Assembly: GCA_951406725.2 (NCBI GenBank)
Contig: OX597820.1
Location: 29,884,001 to 29,948,000, forward strand
Origin: Octopus vulgaris
Lineage: Eukaryota
DNA length: 64,000 bases
Direction: 5' to 3'
Shown here: piece after piece, positions 25,241 through 38,366 of the stretch
How positions within the stretch are numbered: position 1 is the stretch's first letter
Layout of the letters: each line of letters opens with the position of its first letter
The notes under the pieces: model-generated
What the model was told of the DNA's origin: nothing
The model's input: the letters and a program-made list of their open reading frames with translations, nothing else
The model's database searches: none
Translations under genes and position numbers: made by a program

Positions 25241-25977
25241 AATATCGCTTTACCATCTAATAATGGTTTCAGATTTTGGTACAAGGCCAGCAATTTCGCA
25301 GGCGCGGGTGAGTCTATTACTGCTCAACTGATACTTATATCATCGACTCCCGGAAAGATGAGAGGCTAAGTCGACCTCGGCGGAATTTGAACTCATAACG
25401 TAAGAACAGACGAAATGCTTTTGTTAAATAAATTTTCATCAAACTATTTCTCTGCCATTTATGACTTTATACACACCTTATTGTTTTCTCTCGCATCGTA
25501 CTATATATATTCTATATGCTTTATAAGATGACACATTAAGGAGTTATTTTTAGGAGTACTACCGGATTTCTTGAATCCACATAGTGTAACTTAAATTTAT
25601 GTTATACAAGCTGAGGTACCCGGTAAAAAATTATCGTTAATAAGATGCCTGTTTATAGCCATGAAATATTCTTCGTCAACTTTCGATATTTTTCAAAAAT
25701 TTTAAATCTATATTAATGCGTAGGGCCAAATTGACGAAACAATGAGCAGAGTCTGGTAGCGAACCCGTGTCGTCGTCGTCGTTTTGGGGGCAGATTTCGG
25801 CTAATTGATGTCACGATGGCTAGTGTGCAAAATGCCTTAAATTTTGCTTGAGAAATAAAATGATCTTACCTAATCAAAACCTGAAACGCTTGGGAATTAA
25901 AACAACGAATTGAAATAATAAGTTTTAGCAAGTGAAAACAATTCGCATTGAAATGAAGAATTAGCAAATGCTAAATA

Positions 25978-27260
25978 TTGGCTTGGCAACTAAGTTCCCA
26001 ACGTTTTTTTAAATTTTGGCATTTGTTGTGTTTTAAAATTTTGGAATCTATTTTTTTCGAGAATTCTATCTTTGAATCATTTTGGAATCTTTTTTTTTTC
26101 TAGTTAATTTTTACTTAATTTTTGTTTATTTTCAGATCATTAAAATGGAATGTCAAGTTAAGAAAATAGAGCATTTTCGACACCTTCTTTTTGCTTTTAA
26201 TCAAGGCTCTAAGGTCTCAAAAGCTGCTCAAAACATTTGTGCTGTATATGGATAGGGGACCATAGCTGAAAGAACTGCTCGTGATTGGTATGTTAAGTTC
26301 AAAAACGGAAATGTTGACCTCAAAGATTCACCACGTTCTGGCTGTCCAGTTGAGTTCGATGAAGAGCGATTAAACCAAATTTTGCACGAAAATTCTCGTT
26401 AAACGTCAAGGGAACTGGCAGAGAAAATGGAATGTTCCCACACTGCTATAGAAAAGCATTTTCACTCGATGGGAAAAGCTCAGAAATATGGAGCATGGGT
26501 TCCGCATACTTTAAGTGACAACAAAAATCAACGAGCCACAATCTCCGCTAGTTTGCTTGCTCGTCACCGCTCAATTCATGGACACAAGCAACGATTTCTT
26601 TACCGAATCGTTACTGGCGACGAAAAATGGTGTCTCTTCATCAATATGAAGCAGCGTAAGGAATGGCTTAGCACCGGTAAACAAGCGACACCGCGCGTGA
26701 AACAAGATCTTCATCTGTGTAAAATGGTGTTGTGCATATGGTGGGAATGGGAAGGGATTATCCATTACGAATTGCTTGAACGGAACCAAACGGTCAACGC
26801 GGAACTCTATGTTCAACAGATGGAGCGACTCAACATGGCTATTCAAGAGAAAAGACTTAATCGGCAGCATGGAGTTTTTCTGCTGCATGACAACGCCCGC
26901 CTCATATTGCCAATATGACCAAGGAAGCCATTCAAACGCATAGCTGGGAAGTGCTGCCACATCCGCCGTACTCTCCTGATTTAGCACGAACAGATTTCCA
27001 CCTCTATCGATCTCTTTCAAATGCTTTGCGCGGAGTTTCGTTCAATACTGATGCAGAATTGAGAGCATGGTTGGATCAATTTTTCGAGTCGAAATCGGGT
27101 AATTTCTACCAACAAGGTATTGAAAATCTTGTTGAACGTTGGGAAGAAGTTGTAAACAACAATGGTGAATACATCATTGATTAATTAGTTGTTATTTTTT
27201 ATTAAACTTTTTTTTAATTTTAATTTTAAAAAAACGGCGGGAACTTAGTTGCCAACCTGA
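25978..27260 (+). mobile_element. Full-length mariner transposon (1283 bp; mellifera-subfamily-like)
   Basis: TIR TTGGCAACTAAGTTCCC at both ends, with TA at 25976-77 and 27261-62. Confidence 0.92.
26145..27184 (+). pseudogene. mariner D,D34D transposase pseudogene (two stops and a frameshift)
   Basis: EHFRHLL, PRSGCP, WVPHTL, TGDEKW, HDNAR and HPPYSPDLARTD motifs. Confidence 0.92.
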
Positions 27261-27540
27261 TAGATTACCGCTAATAAGCTGTCTGTTTATACCCATGAAA
27301 CACTTTTCGTCAAATTGATGTCACAATGGCTATTGCGAAAAATGCCGAAATTTTACGATTTTTGAAAAATTGACGCCGATTAATAATCGATTTTTTAAAA
27401 TTTCCAAGTACCTGAATGACCGGATAGGCATAAGCACTACACACGTGTCAAATTTTATCTAGGTCTGTTGGATAGTCTTGGAGGAGGTAAAGTAACAAAT
27501 TCAGAAACGCACAAACTTGCCATTTATTATTATAGATATC

Positions 27541-27686
27541 TGTGTGATAAGTAGCTTGCTTCCCAGCCACATGGTCCCGGGTTCAGTCCCACCGCGTGGC
27601 AGCTTGGGCAAGTGTCTTCTACTATAGCTTCGGGTAGGCCAAAGTTTTGAGAGTAGATTTGGTAGAGGGAAACTGAACGAAGTCCG

Positions 27687-27690
<4 letters not shown>
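27541..27690 (+). mobile_element. SINE family A 5' half (3' half at 30791-31005)
   Basis: Head and core end at the internal (TA)n; the matching tail half lies 3.1 kb downstream. Confidence 0.7.
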
Positions 27691-27734
<44 letters not shown>

Positions 27735-28259
27735 ATCAGGAGTTCCCAATCTTTTTTTCGCTGCGGACCACCAAAATAAGTAGTTTTTTCCTGTGGACCA
27801 CCTCAAATTTTAAATTTATTATAAAATAAATGCTACTCATAAATATTAGTATCATTTTCACTTTTCACACACACACGCATAGAATAACAACAATCAAGTA
27901 ACGATAGCGTTGTGCACAACGAACATCGGCGCAGGCTCGTTTGTATTAACCGGAGTTGCTGGATAATTTTTCGTTCCTTTAAGAATATTGTAGAGCGGAA
28001 ACTTTTTATAGATTAGAATTTAAACCTTAATCTCTATAGAAATTTAGTGTTTCAAGAAATCATTGAATTTTAATTACTTTTAATTTTTACAATTATAGAT
28101 AATAACACGGGCTGTCACTTCTGAGCCCGAGTCAGGCGCGTGTGAACGATGTCGAGAGAATGTCTGCTAGAAACGGTATTTTTTGACACAGGGCATCTCC
28201 AAGATGACTGCCAGATATACTCGGGTTCAGCCAGAACAACCCGAGTGCCGGAGTCGCCA

Positions 28260-28308
<49 letters not shown>

Positions 28309-28315
<7 letters not shown>

Positions 28316-28520
28316 ATTGAGGTAATCAGATCAGATGGTTCATATTTGTAGATATTTATTTATATATTACATTTTTTACATATATATCATATCATTCGGA
28401 TTAGCGCTTGCTCCCATTCTAGTGGGTTTTCAAATCAAATCAGTTGTGGGTAGTTTGAACCTTTTTATAGTTTCGTAGTAGTAGGTGAGGAGGAAGTGAG
28501 ACAGAGAGAAAATATGTGTG

Positions 28521-28593
<73 letters not shown>

Positions 28594-28805
28594 ATTTATA
28601 TCTGAGAGTGAAGAAGTGTTATTTCCGTTGGTCTGCTGGACCCCCTGTGGTTTTATAAGAACTTTGGCTGTCCATTTCAATGTCACTGAGTGTGTGTTGT
28701 GCATAGGTTGGCCTGGCAAATGTCATTTGGGGTCACACTTTCTATGATCATTCTGTGGAGGTGTGTGTGTGTGTGTGTCTCTGTGTGTCTGTGTGTGTTT
28801 GTGTG

Positions 28806-28846
<41 letters not shown>

Positions 28847-30747
28847 TGTGTGTGTCTGTGTGTTTGGAGAAGGGGAGAGAGACAAAAAGAGAAAAGGGAA
28901 AATAAAAATAATAATAATAAAAATAAAATAAAAAATTAAAAAAATAAAAAAAATAAAATAAAATAAAAACAAAAAATAAAAAATAAAATAAAAAAATATA
29001 AAGAATAAATAAAAATATAAAGAATAAAAAATAAAAAAATAAAAATAAAAATAAAAATAAAAATAAGGGAGGAAGTGGAGAAGAAAAAATATTTTTGTGT
29101 GTTGATATTTATACCAACACATATATATACACACACACAGACTTATACATAAAATATTTGAAAAAACCTTTTTATCGGTTCAAAATGAACAACCAAATTA
29201 TACCATCTTGAAAGTTGTATGTCATAGGAAAGTTAAAATTAAAGTGACAATTAAAGGGTAAAGATGGAAGTGAATTATAAAGATAATAATATAATATGAT
29301 GTATATAACAGGCAATACACACATCTACACACACACAGATTTTTCCTTCAATGTATGTTGAGTAAAGTTTCAGCCATTTAATTTGGGGGAGAACTTAGCT
29401 ATGAAATGTTTTTCCATATTCCTCCTGAAGGGGGTGTCATTCTTCGGACACTTGTAGAAGGGAAATATCTTAAATTTTCCTTCTCCACATGTAGCTAGGT
29501 GTGTGCTTAGTGGTATTTTGCGTAGTTCTTCCTGCCGAATATGTTGTCGGTGGATCCTGGCTCGCTGGCACAAAGAATTACCAGTTTCTCCTACGTAATT
29601 CTCCTTGCATGTGGGGCAGGTTATGCAGTATATGACGTTCTGCGTCTTGCAGTTCATATCTGCATTTACTTTGAATATGACACCATTTTTAAATCTTATC
29701 TCTCTGTTGCTCTCTATGTATTTGTAGGTGGGGTTGCTGCAGGTCCCACATCTACCATCTCCGCACTCTTTTGCAAAGAATTCTGTTTTAGTTTCTGAAG
29801 AGAATTTCGCTCTTGTTAGGTGTTTTTTTAGGTTTTTGTCCTGTCGTCTACTGTTTTTTATGCTATATTTGTTTAATATGTTTTTCATTTTGGGGCTCTG
29901 TAAGGCTATTGGTAGGTTTGAATGTATGGTTTGGAAGATGTTGGTAACTCCAGGGTTGTGTGTGTTTATAAAAGGGATAGTGTTTTCTTTGTTTTTTGTT
30001 TTGGGTGTCCTGAGTTGTGTGATGTCTAGTTTTAATGCTCTTGTGATTCCATTTTCTATTAGTTTAAGGGGGTATTTTTGCTCTAGGAGGAAGCTTTTGA
30101 GTTCATCTAGTCTTATTAATCGTATTTGTGAATCAGTTACTATGCTACATATTCGTCGTGCCATACTATATGGGATGTTTCTTTTTGTGTGGGATGGGTG
30201 GCAGGAGTGGAAATTTAAGTATTGATGTGTGTCAGTTTTTTTGTAGTGGATGTCTGTTGTGACGATGGAGTTGTGTATTTTGATGTTGATGTCTAGGAAG
30301 GGAAGTTCGTTGTGGCTGGTATCTATTGTGAAATTGATAGATGGGTGCAGCGTATTGAGGATGTTGTGGAATGTTTGTAGGTCCTCTTCTGATCTGTTCC
30401 AAAAGATGAAACAGTCATCGAGGTAGCGTTTCCACTTTTTCTTGATGTCTTCTCTGAAGTCGTGTTCGAAGACTTTCCCTATTTCGTCATATAGTTTTTT
30501 CTCCAAGAAGCCCATCACTAGGTTGGCATATGAAGGTGCGAATTTTGTACCCATAGCCGTGCCTTTTATCTGTCGGTATGTCTTGTTGTTGAATGAGAAT
30601 GTGTTTTCTTCTAGTATTAGTTGGGTGGCTTGGGTGATAAAGTTTGTCTTGAAGCGTTCATCTATAAGTTCTCTGTATTTTTCTATTGATTGTTTTATAG
30701 CTTCTAGACCTAGGGTGTGTGGTATGTTTGTGTATAGATTTGTGACA

Positions 30748-30748
<1 letters not shown>
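28309..30748 (-). mobile_element. Penelope-like retroelement, 5'-truncated, bounded by (TA)n at both ends
   Basis: RT + GIY-YIG ORF, a ~1-kb low-complexity 3' UTR, and a hammerhead-like motif near the 3' end. Confidence 0.85.
28396..28439 (-). ncRNA. Variant hammerhead-like motif in the Penelope 3' end
   Basis: TTTGAT-TTGAAAA-CCCA(CTAGAA)TGGG-A-GCAA-GCGC-TA-ATCCGA; U3/A8 and A13C changes; palindromic AGCGCT. Confidence 0.45.

Positions 30749-30749
<1 letters not shown>
29370..30749 (-). CDS. Penelope-type reverse transcriptase + Cys linker + GIY-YIG endonuclease (N-terminally truncated, otherwise open)
   Basis: DVTNLYTNIP, QIKGTAMG, RYLDD, LPFLD, CGDGRCGTC and NVIYCITC..YVGETG..R..H motifs; ~459 uninterrupted codons. 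Confidence 0.9.
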
Positions 30750-30795
<46 letters not shown>

Positions 30796-31440
30796 TGTGT
30801 GTCTGTGTTTGTGCCCCCACCATCGATTGACAATTGATGTTGGTGTCTTTATATCTCCGTTAACTAGCGGTTCGGCAAAAAGAGATTGATATAATAAGTA
30901 GTAGGCTTACAAAGAATAAGTCCTGGGTTCGATTTGTTCGACTAAACGTGGTGCTCCAGCATGGCCACAGTCAAATGACTGAAACAAATAAAAGAATAAA
31001 AGAATATAAAAACACTATTTTGATGCCTTATTTTTTTTACTTTGTTTTTTCTTTTCTTTTCAATATATTCACATACACACTCACAGACGCACAATCACGG
31101 ACATACGGAAACACGCATATACGCACGTACACGCACACGTACACACGGCAATACACACAAATATATGCATATATACACAAACCGACAAAGAAAGACGTGC
31201 ATACACACCAGATATATATATATATATAGACACACATACACACAAGCATACACGCACAAACACACACACGTACACACACACTCACTAGAATATATACACT
31301 CACACATAGGACACTCACACGCACACAAGATCACAGAGACAGGCATATACACACACAAACACGCACACACGTAATCATTTACATAAACACCTTTCCCTAA
31401 GTCTGTCATCGTCTTGTCTCGGTAGAAAGAGAGAGAAGAC

Positions 31441-31495
<55 letters not shown>

Positions 31496-31622
31496 GAGAC
31501 AGACAGACAGACAGAGATAGAGCTAAATTTTCGACACACACAAACATACAAAGTCGTACACGCAGAGAAACAGAATGTGTGTGAAAGAAAGAAAGAAAGA
31601 AAGGAAGGAAGGAAGGAAGGAA

Positions 31623-31680
<58 letters not shown>

Positions 31681-32175
31681 GAAAGCCACGTAAAATTTGA
31701 AACTGAAAATCAATCAATTGTATATATTATGGTAACCAAGGCAACGACCATTCAAACACATTTATCATGAAACCAGCAGTGTTTCTTTGGTGGACAAACT
31801 TCTTTCTTTTTTTCTTTCTTTCATTCTTTCATTCTTTCTTTCTTTCTCTCTTTCGTTTTTTCTTTGCATATTTATTTCGCGAATCTTCCAGGAATTTTGG
31901 TCTTGACTCTGTCAAGATTAAAAGGATGCAAAAGAAAATTAATGAACGTCACAAATAAACAAAAAAAAGAATCGTAAATTCTTGAAAATTAGGCGCATGC
32001 ATGGGTGTGTGGTTAATAAGTTCGCTTTGCAACAGCGTGGCTTTGAGTTCAATCCCACAGTGCGGTACTTTAAGCAAGTGTCTTTGACAATAAGCTCCGG
32101 GCCAACCAATGCCTTGTGAGTGAACTTCGTTGACGGTAACTGTCGTATATATGTTTGTATGTGCGTGTGTATGTG

Positions 32176-32307
32176 AAGGCGCATGGCTCAGTTGTTAGAT
32201 CGTCGAGCTTACGATCGTGAGATTGTGAGTTCGATTCCCGGACTGGGCTGCGTGTTCTGTTCTTGAGGAAGACACTTTATTTCACGTTGCTTCAGTTCAC
32301 TCAGCTG
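32176..32307 (+). mobile_element. SINE family C 5' part
   Basis: A-box TGGCTCAGTTG and B-box GAGTTCGATTCCC. Confidence 0.7.
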
Positions 32308-32627
32308 ATTCTGTCTGACTCATTCTTTCTTTTCTTCTGCGTGAGAGATTGATCGTGGTTAGTCAGATTTGGTAAACCATCTACCAATTCTATGGTGCCC
32401 CTTCCTTCCTTTGATGCTTAAGGCATCAAGGAATGGTTAATCTAGCGCAGGATATATATATATATATATATATATAGGAAAATATCTATCAGAAAGTAAC
32501 TCTATCTCTCTTAAAAAAACATCTTTTGATAAGCATAACAAATGCGCAACCGGTAAAAAGAACTTTCACCTAATTAAATTACTTAAATTACTTAAATTAT
32601 TTTGTCAGCATTTTCTTCATTTCCTTT

Positions 32628-32716
<89 letters not shown>

Positions 32717-32742
32717 TATATACATATATATATACATATGTG

Positions 32743-33030
32743 GAGGCGCAATGGCCTAGTGGTTAGGGCAGCGGACTTGCGGTCGTAGGATCGCGGTTTC
32801 GATTCCCAGACCGGGCGTTGTGTGTTTATTCAGCGAAAACACCTAAAAGCTCCACGAGGCTCCGGCAGGGGGTGGTGATCCCTGCTGTACTCTTTCACCA
32901 CTCTTTCTCCCACTCTTTCTTCAGTTGGCCTGCTCGCTTAGCCAGCGGGGTGGCGTCATTCGAAGGCTAAAACAATGCGAACGCATTGTGACCAGCGATG
33001 TGTAACAACATCTGATGGTCTGATCGGTCA
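32743..33030 (+). mobile_element. tRNA-derived SINE family D
   Basis: A-box TGGCCTAGTGG and B-box GTTTCGATTCCC; tail shared with 56619-56730. Confidence 0.75.
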
Positions 33031-33661
33031 CTGGTGCCAAGCAGTATCGGCCTTTCCAGATGTGTCTTTGTGTCTGTGATTCTCTTTCTACCCACTGCTT
33101 GATATGCTTATCTCCTCGTTATTTAGTGGTTCAGCAGAAGAAATCAACTGATTCAGTACCTGACTTGAAAAATAACGTACTGGGAGGCGATCTGTACGAC
33201 TAAAAATTTTTCAAGGCGGTGACCCAACATGGCCGCAGTCGAATGACTGAAACAAGTAAAAGAATAATAGATAATGATTTCTAACGAAGTCACATGACTA
33301 GACATATTGCTGGGAAGAGAATCAGGTGTTAGTCCCCCATTACTTGACTGGCACTTAATTCTATTCACCAAAACTCCAGAATTCCAAAAAGCAAAGATTT
33401 CTATGTTAAGAACTGGAAATTTTTTCTCGGAAATTTTTTCTTGAAAGCAAGTCGGACAAAAATGCTTAGCGGTATATTTTTACCTATCATCATTTCGGGG
33501 GTCAATAAAAAAAAAGTATCAGTTGAATAGTGGGGTTCATGTAATCGACTTGCCTCCTCCCTCACTCCCAAACTGCTGGCCTTGTGCCAACATTTGAAAT
33601 AACCACCACCACCATCATCATCATCATCATTCTTTTTTTTTTCTTTTTTTATTATATATTA

Positions 33662-33874
33662 AGGCGACGAGCTGGCAGAATCGTTAGCGCGTCGCGCAAA
33701 ATACTTAATGGTATTTGACCTGTTTTTACGTTCTGTGATAAAATTCCGCCAAGGTCGACTTTGCCTTTCATCCTTTCAGGGTCAATACAATAAGTACTAG
33801 TTGCATACTGGGGTCGATCTAATTGACTGTCCCCTTCCTCACAAAATCGATGCCTTGTGCCTATAGTAGAAAGG

Positions 33875-33876
<2 letters not shown>
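33662..33876 (+). mobile_element. SINE family B variant ending in (ATT)n
   Basis: Head and body match family B; alternative tail GTGCCTATAGTAGAAAGG, also at 62683-62700. Confidence 0.75.
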
Positions 33877-33938
<62 letters not shown>

Positions 33939-34591
33939 GACAAAATCGTCATTCATAGATTGATTATAATTTTTCAGTATATTCTCAGAGAATCGAGTTA
34001 GCACGAAGCCGAGACGAAGTCTGAATGGTACCTGATTTATACAAGTTAAGAATGGTGAAGCTGAAATAGAATGAAGACGAATAATTGAAGTCGAAGAACA
34101 CTGAATGAATGGACGGAATGACAAAATCATTAATGAATACAGATGCAAACAGACACACGCACACAAACAGAGATAAATAGTGATACATGTCGATGTTAGA
34201 GGTGCGGGAGGACGCTTGGCTCGAAAACACTTGTCTTGAACTTTATGTAAATGCAGACAGGAAGCTTCTCTGGCAGCTTAGCAAAATGAATTTGGTTATC
34301 TTCCATGATAAAAAGGTGACAAGGATCATTTTCCCCACCATCACCACCACCACCACCACCACCACCACCACCCGAATGCTTTAATTGTAGAAACTAAATT
34401 TCAATTTAGATAAAAGTATATCGAATTCTTCTTTACTGACCAAACATAAAGCAAAAGAGTCTTCTTTCTGCCTCGATTCTAAAGGAATGAGTGTGCGAAT
34501 AAAGTGTTGGTTTAAAGAGATTTAAGGTCATAGGAATAAAGCCTTAAACGTAATGTGTTGTATGTACGCATGTACGTATATACGTATGTGA

Positions 34592-34671
<80 letters not shown>

Positions 34672-35413
34672 ATTAGAGATACAACTGTTTAATTTTTTCC
34701 TCGAAATCAATTTCCTGTATCGTAATTAGCTGAGCTTTTATGCATAAGTAACTAAAGTGAACTGACTTTTGAGCTATCTTTAAAAAAAGTTCACCCATTG
34801 AATCCATGTTTGTATTCTCGTGCAAAACTTGTGTCAATATGGGCAAGGTTGCATTTCTGACGGCTCAAATAAATTCTTGGCATTTATAAGACTGCAGTTG
34901 TGGTCAGATTGTATTGCTGAATCAACATGCTTAGTCATGAAGCAAATAATTAAGTTCCTCTTTCACTTTCACTTTCGGTTTCAGTGTAAGTTCTGCATGA
35001 CTGCTAGCGGTATGTCGTTTAAGAAAAGCTTCGAAATTGTTCAGAAGAACAAGGAGAAATGGGGAGAAATTTGGTGCAATTCCAGTCCCATTCATCTAGA
35101 AGTCATGTGCCTGTAGAAGAAGCCTCACTGGCCAGCAGAAGCTGAATGCCACTCAAGGAGCAGATTGTTGGTCGGTACCAGTTTATTGGGAAATTAATTA
35201 AAAGCAGAAAGGAGAGAGTGGCGGAATTATCAAGAGAGGTGACATTATTTTCCCTCTTACTTTTTTGTCTCGTTTTCAAAAATAAAAATTTATTTTACGG
35301 TTTGTTATTGCTTATATTTTGAATTACATAATCTTTTATGGGGGCACCAAAATCTTTTATGTGCTTAGGGCTTCGACTGGTCTTAATCTGGTCCTGTATA
35401 TAGGCATATACAT

Positions 35414-35470
<57 letters not shown>

Positions 35471-35471
<1 letters not shown>

Positions 35472-35679
35472 CGGGAAGCTTTATGAAAATAAACAAAAGA
35501 CGAAGGCAGGTGGAATACAAACAAACAATTGTATTAGTATGGCGCTCAGGAATATAAATAAAACAAGTCTTTTACGTTTCGAGCCTACGCTCTTCAACAG
35601 AAAGATACACAGAAAAGAAACACGGAGAGAAACAAGGAGAGAAAAAAAAATGCGTGCAGAGGCTAGCGAATCAACATGG

Positions 35680-35681
<2 letters not shown>
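35471..35681 (-). mobile_element. Short Penelope-LTR-like element with a hammerhead motif (35568-35605), flanked by (TA)n
   Basis: TCTTT-CTGTTGA-A-GAGC(GTAG)GCTC-GAAA-CG-TA-AAAGA; A6U change. Confidence 0.6.
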
Positions 35682-35717
<36 letters not shown>

Positions 35718-36736
35718 GAAATATTAAAACTACTAAGTCTCTCTAAAGTTAATCCAAACATGAAAACACCAAGAGAAAACACAACAACGCGAGGACGTGG
35801 AACAAATATAGTATTATTGGACGCTCATATATATATATTTGCGTGTGTAAATACGTAAATACACACACACACACGCACACACACACGCGCGCGCGTGCAA
35901 TTTGTTGGATTTTTGTGTTGGGTCTGCAGTATTGGTTCCTGTGTTTTACCTAGTGTACTGTTGCCAATGTAATTATTATTGAGTTACCTACGTTAACGTT
36001 AATACCTAGTGTAGGTAACATTATAACAAAATGGTGACGACGCTCACACAGCAGTTTATTAATTCGGATTACCAATGAAAGCTTGTGTGCATCTGTCGGT
36101 CTCTGTCTGTCTGTCTATCTCTCTCTCTTACTCAGAATTATGTGTGTGTATCTCATATAGGTAGGTAGATCAGTAGATAGGTAGATAGATAGATAGATTG
36201 ATAGAGAGAGAGACAGAGAGACAGAGAGAAAGAGAGTATCTGTAACAATATTAAGGAGGTGTGAGTGTGTGTGATGTGTGAGTGAATGTGTGTATGTTAA
36301 AGTAGGTGTGTGTGTGCGTGTGAGTACCTGTAGGTGTTCTGTATGTGTTTGTATATACGAAAGCGTGTGTGTGCGTATGTGTGTGCATGAGTCTATGTGT
36401 GTGTATGCGGTGGGTATTTCTGTATGCAAGCACTCATAAGTGAGTGAGTGTATGTGTGAGTGCTGTGTGTGTGTATGTTTGAGTGTGTGTATGTGTGTTT
36501 GAGTGAGTATGTGTGTGTGTGTGCATGTAAGGAGGTGCATGCAAATGTTTGTGTGAATGTGTAGGCGTTCGTGTGTGTGTGTGTGTGTGTGAGTGTATGT
36601 GCGTGTGTGCATGTGTGCATGTGCGTACGTGTGCGTACATGTCGTCTGAGAGTGTACCTGCACGTATGAAATCGTGCATACGTGTATGTGTACGTGTGAA
36701 TTATGTGCGTCTGCGTGAGTGTATGTGTGTGTATGT

Positions 36737-36789
<53 letters not shown>

Positions 36790-37294
36790 TAGGTATGCCT
36801 AAATATTTGCGAGAGTGTGTAGGTGTGTGTGTGTGTATGTGTTTATGAAAACAGATGTGAAGGTGCTTATGCGCATGTGCATTTGCATGTCGTGCGAGAA
36901 TGTGCGTGCGTGTATGGACCTGTACTTATGTGTATTGTAACCGTGCACATAGCAGTGAGTGTGTGCATATGTGGAAGTGTGATTGCGTGTATGACTATAT
37001 ATTTATGTATGTGAGAGAATGTGTGATCCTGTGTGTCTTTGTGACTGTGAGCGTTAGCATGTATTTATGTATGTATGCGGGAGAGAAAACGTATATGTGT
37101 GTGTGGTGCGTGTTGTACTTAAATACTCGAAGGACATACTCAATACCATAATCCCTGCCATCACGCAATCTCAGAATCCTTTATATCTGTCTAACTTTAT
37201 ATCCAAGTATAATAATAAAGGAACATGCTGTGGCTGCTACTGTTGTTGTTGTTGTTGTTAAGCAACAAAACGGAAGGGCGGGAGACCCCCATAC

Positions 37295-37496
37295 CTTGGA
37301 AAGAAAAAAAGAAAAAAAAGTTTGGTCGTCTTGTTGTAGTCGAGGGCTCTTCGTTGACGCCCGACACCACTGGGAGGTGGCCCTCGAAGTCGCTGGAAAT
37401 GGAGATCTCCAGGTCCAAATTCTTGAACGGCTGCTGCTGCTACTGTTGAAGTTGTTTAACCGCAGGTTAAATACCCATCCCACCGGACGTGCAGAC
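37295..37496 (-). other. Candidate host-gene exon (202 nt)
   Basis: Non-repetitive, GC-richer island with acceptor TTTTTTCATAG| and donor AAG|GTATGG; one frame is open. No recognisable domain. Confidence 0.35.
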
Positions 37497-38366
37497 CTAT
37501 GAAAAAAGCGTTCCTAATGTGACTCTTCTGTATTTTATTCAGACATGGTGTATCCTCACTTGTAACAGTGTCTAGAAAACTTACATAGAAAGTCCACAGA
37601 ACTGCGGAGAAATGACTGCGGGGCGGCAATATGAATACCTCCCTCTCCACTCACTTCAACATAACCGTTTCAGAAAGAGAGAGGATGGAAGAAAACAGTC
37701 CTAATGGTACTTTATTCAACGATTACGAAGGGGTTAACATGCAGTTTAGTGTCGTAAAAAATTGAAAGTAAATTGCAGTCGAAACTAGAATCGACGACAC
37801 TGACATCCTATGATTTCATTATATTTGTATCACATAAAAATTATGCATTGAACGTACATATAACTGAACCCGTTATCCAGACCCGTTGCCCGACTTTGGT
37901 GCCTGGCGGGTGCTTTAGAATATTCTGGGTAAGCACTAATTTGTATTGCGGGAAGTTGTTTGTAAATAGTATTTTCTAAATCTGAGGGTGCACCATTGAA
38001 TAGTAAGGGAGCAGTTTCGCCCAGCCCACCCCTTTAGAGACGGGAATATTAGTCAGACTTCAAGAATTGTACTGCAGGAAAACTTTTTTGCAATCTGTAT
38101 TTTCTAATTCTGAGGGTGCACTATTGAATAATGAGAGTGCAGTAACGTCCAGTTTCCCACCCCTAGCGACGGGCGTGGTGGTATCTGAATCTATTTTTAC
38201 TACAGATATAATATAAATAAAGCATCACGCGTTTGGCATTGTCCCCCGAGTTTCTTCTTGGCGAACCTCCATCGCCTTTTAATAGTTTGTTTATGGATGC
38301 TCCCATTCTTGGATTAACAATGTTTAAGGAACGGTTCACAACTTCACAACTATATATGTGGTCTAA

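Larger units (their letters stand above)
25604..27537 (+). mobile_element. Helentron/DINE-1-like non-autonomous element hosting the mariner
   Basis: 5' ATACAAGCTGAGGTACCCGG, internal subrepeats on both sides of the mariner, and 3' ...AAACTTGCCATTTATTATTATAGAT like 59783-60184. Confidence 0.5.

Noticed and set aside
29370-29372. Terminal TGA of the Penelope ORF as a selenocysteine codon (as in some Naiad elements)
   Set aside because: It falls at the normal GIY-YIG end (..PKLNG*), all conserved Cys are ordinary codons, and no SECIS was recognised.
30750-30833. N-terminus MSIDGGG...YIYI of the 487-aa ORF
   Set aside because: Chance read-through from an antisense SINE and (TA)n; the real RT starts truncated at DVTNLY.
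32743-32815. tRNA-like sequence as a functional tRNA gene
   Set aside because: Imperfect cloverleaf that continues into a repeat body shared with 56619-56730; it is a SINE head.
34032-34060. Possible 29-nt minus-strand micro-exon (TTTCAG|...CAG|GTACCA)
   Set aside because: Such splice-like words occur by chance, and there is no independent support.
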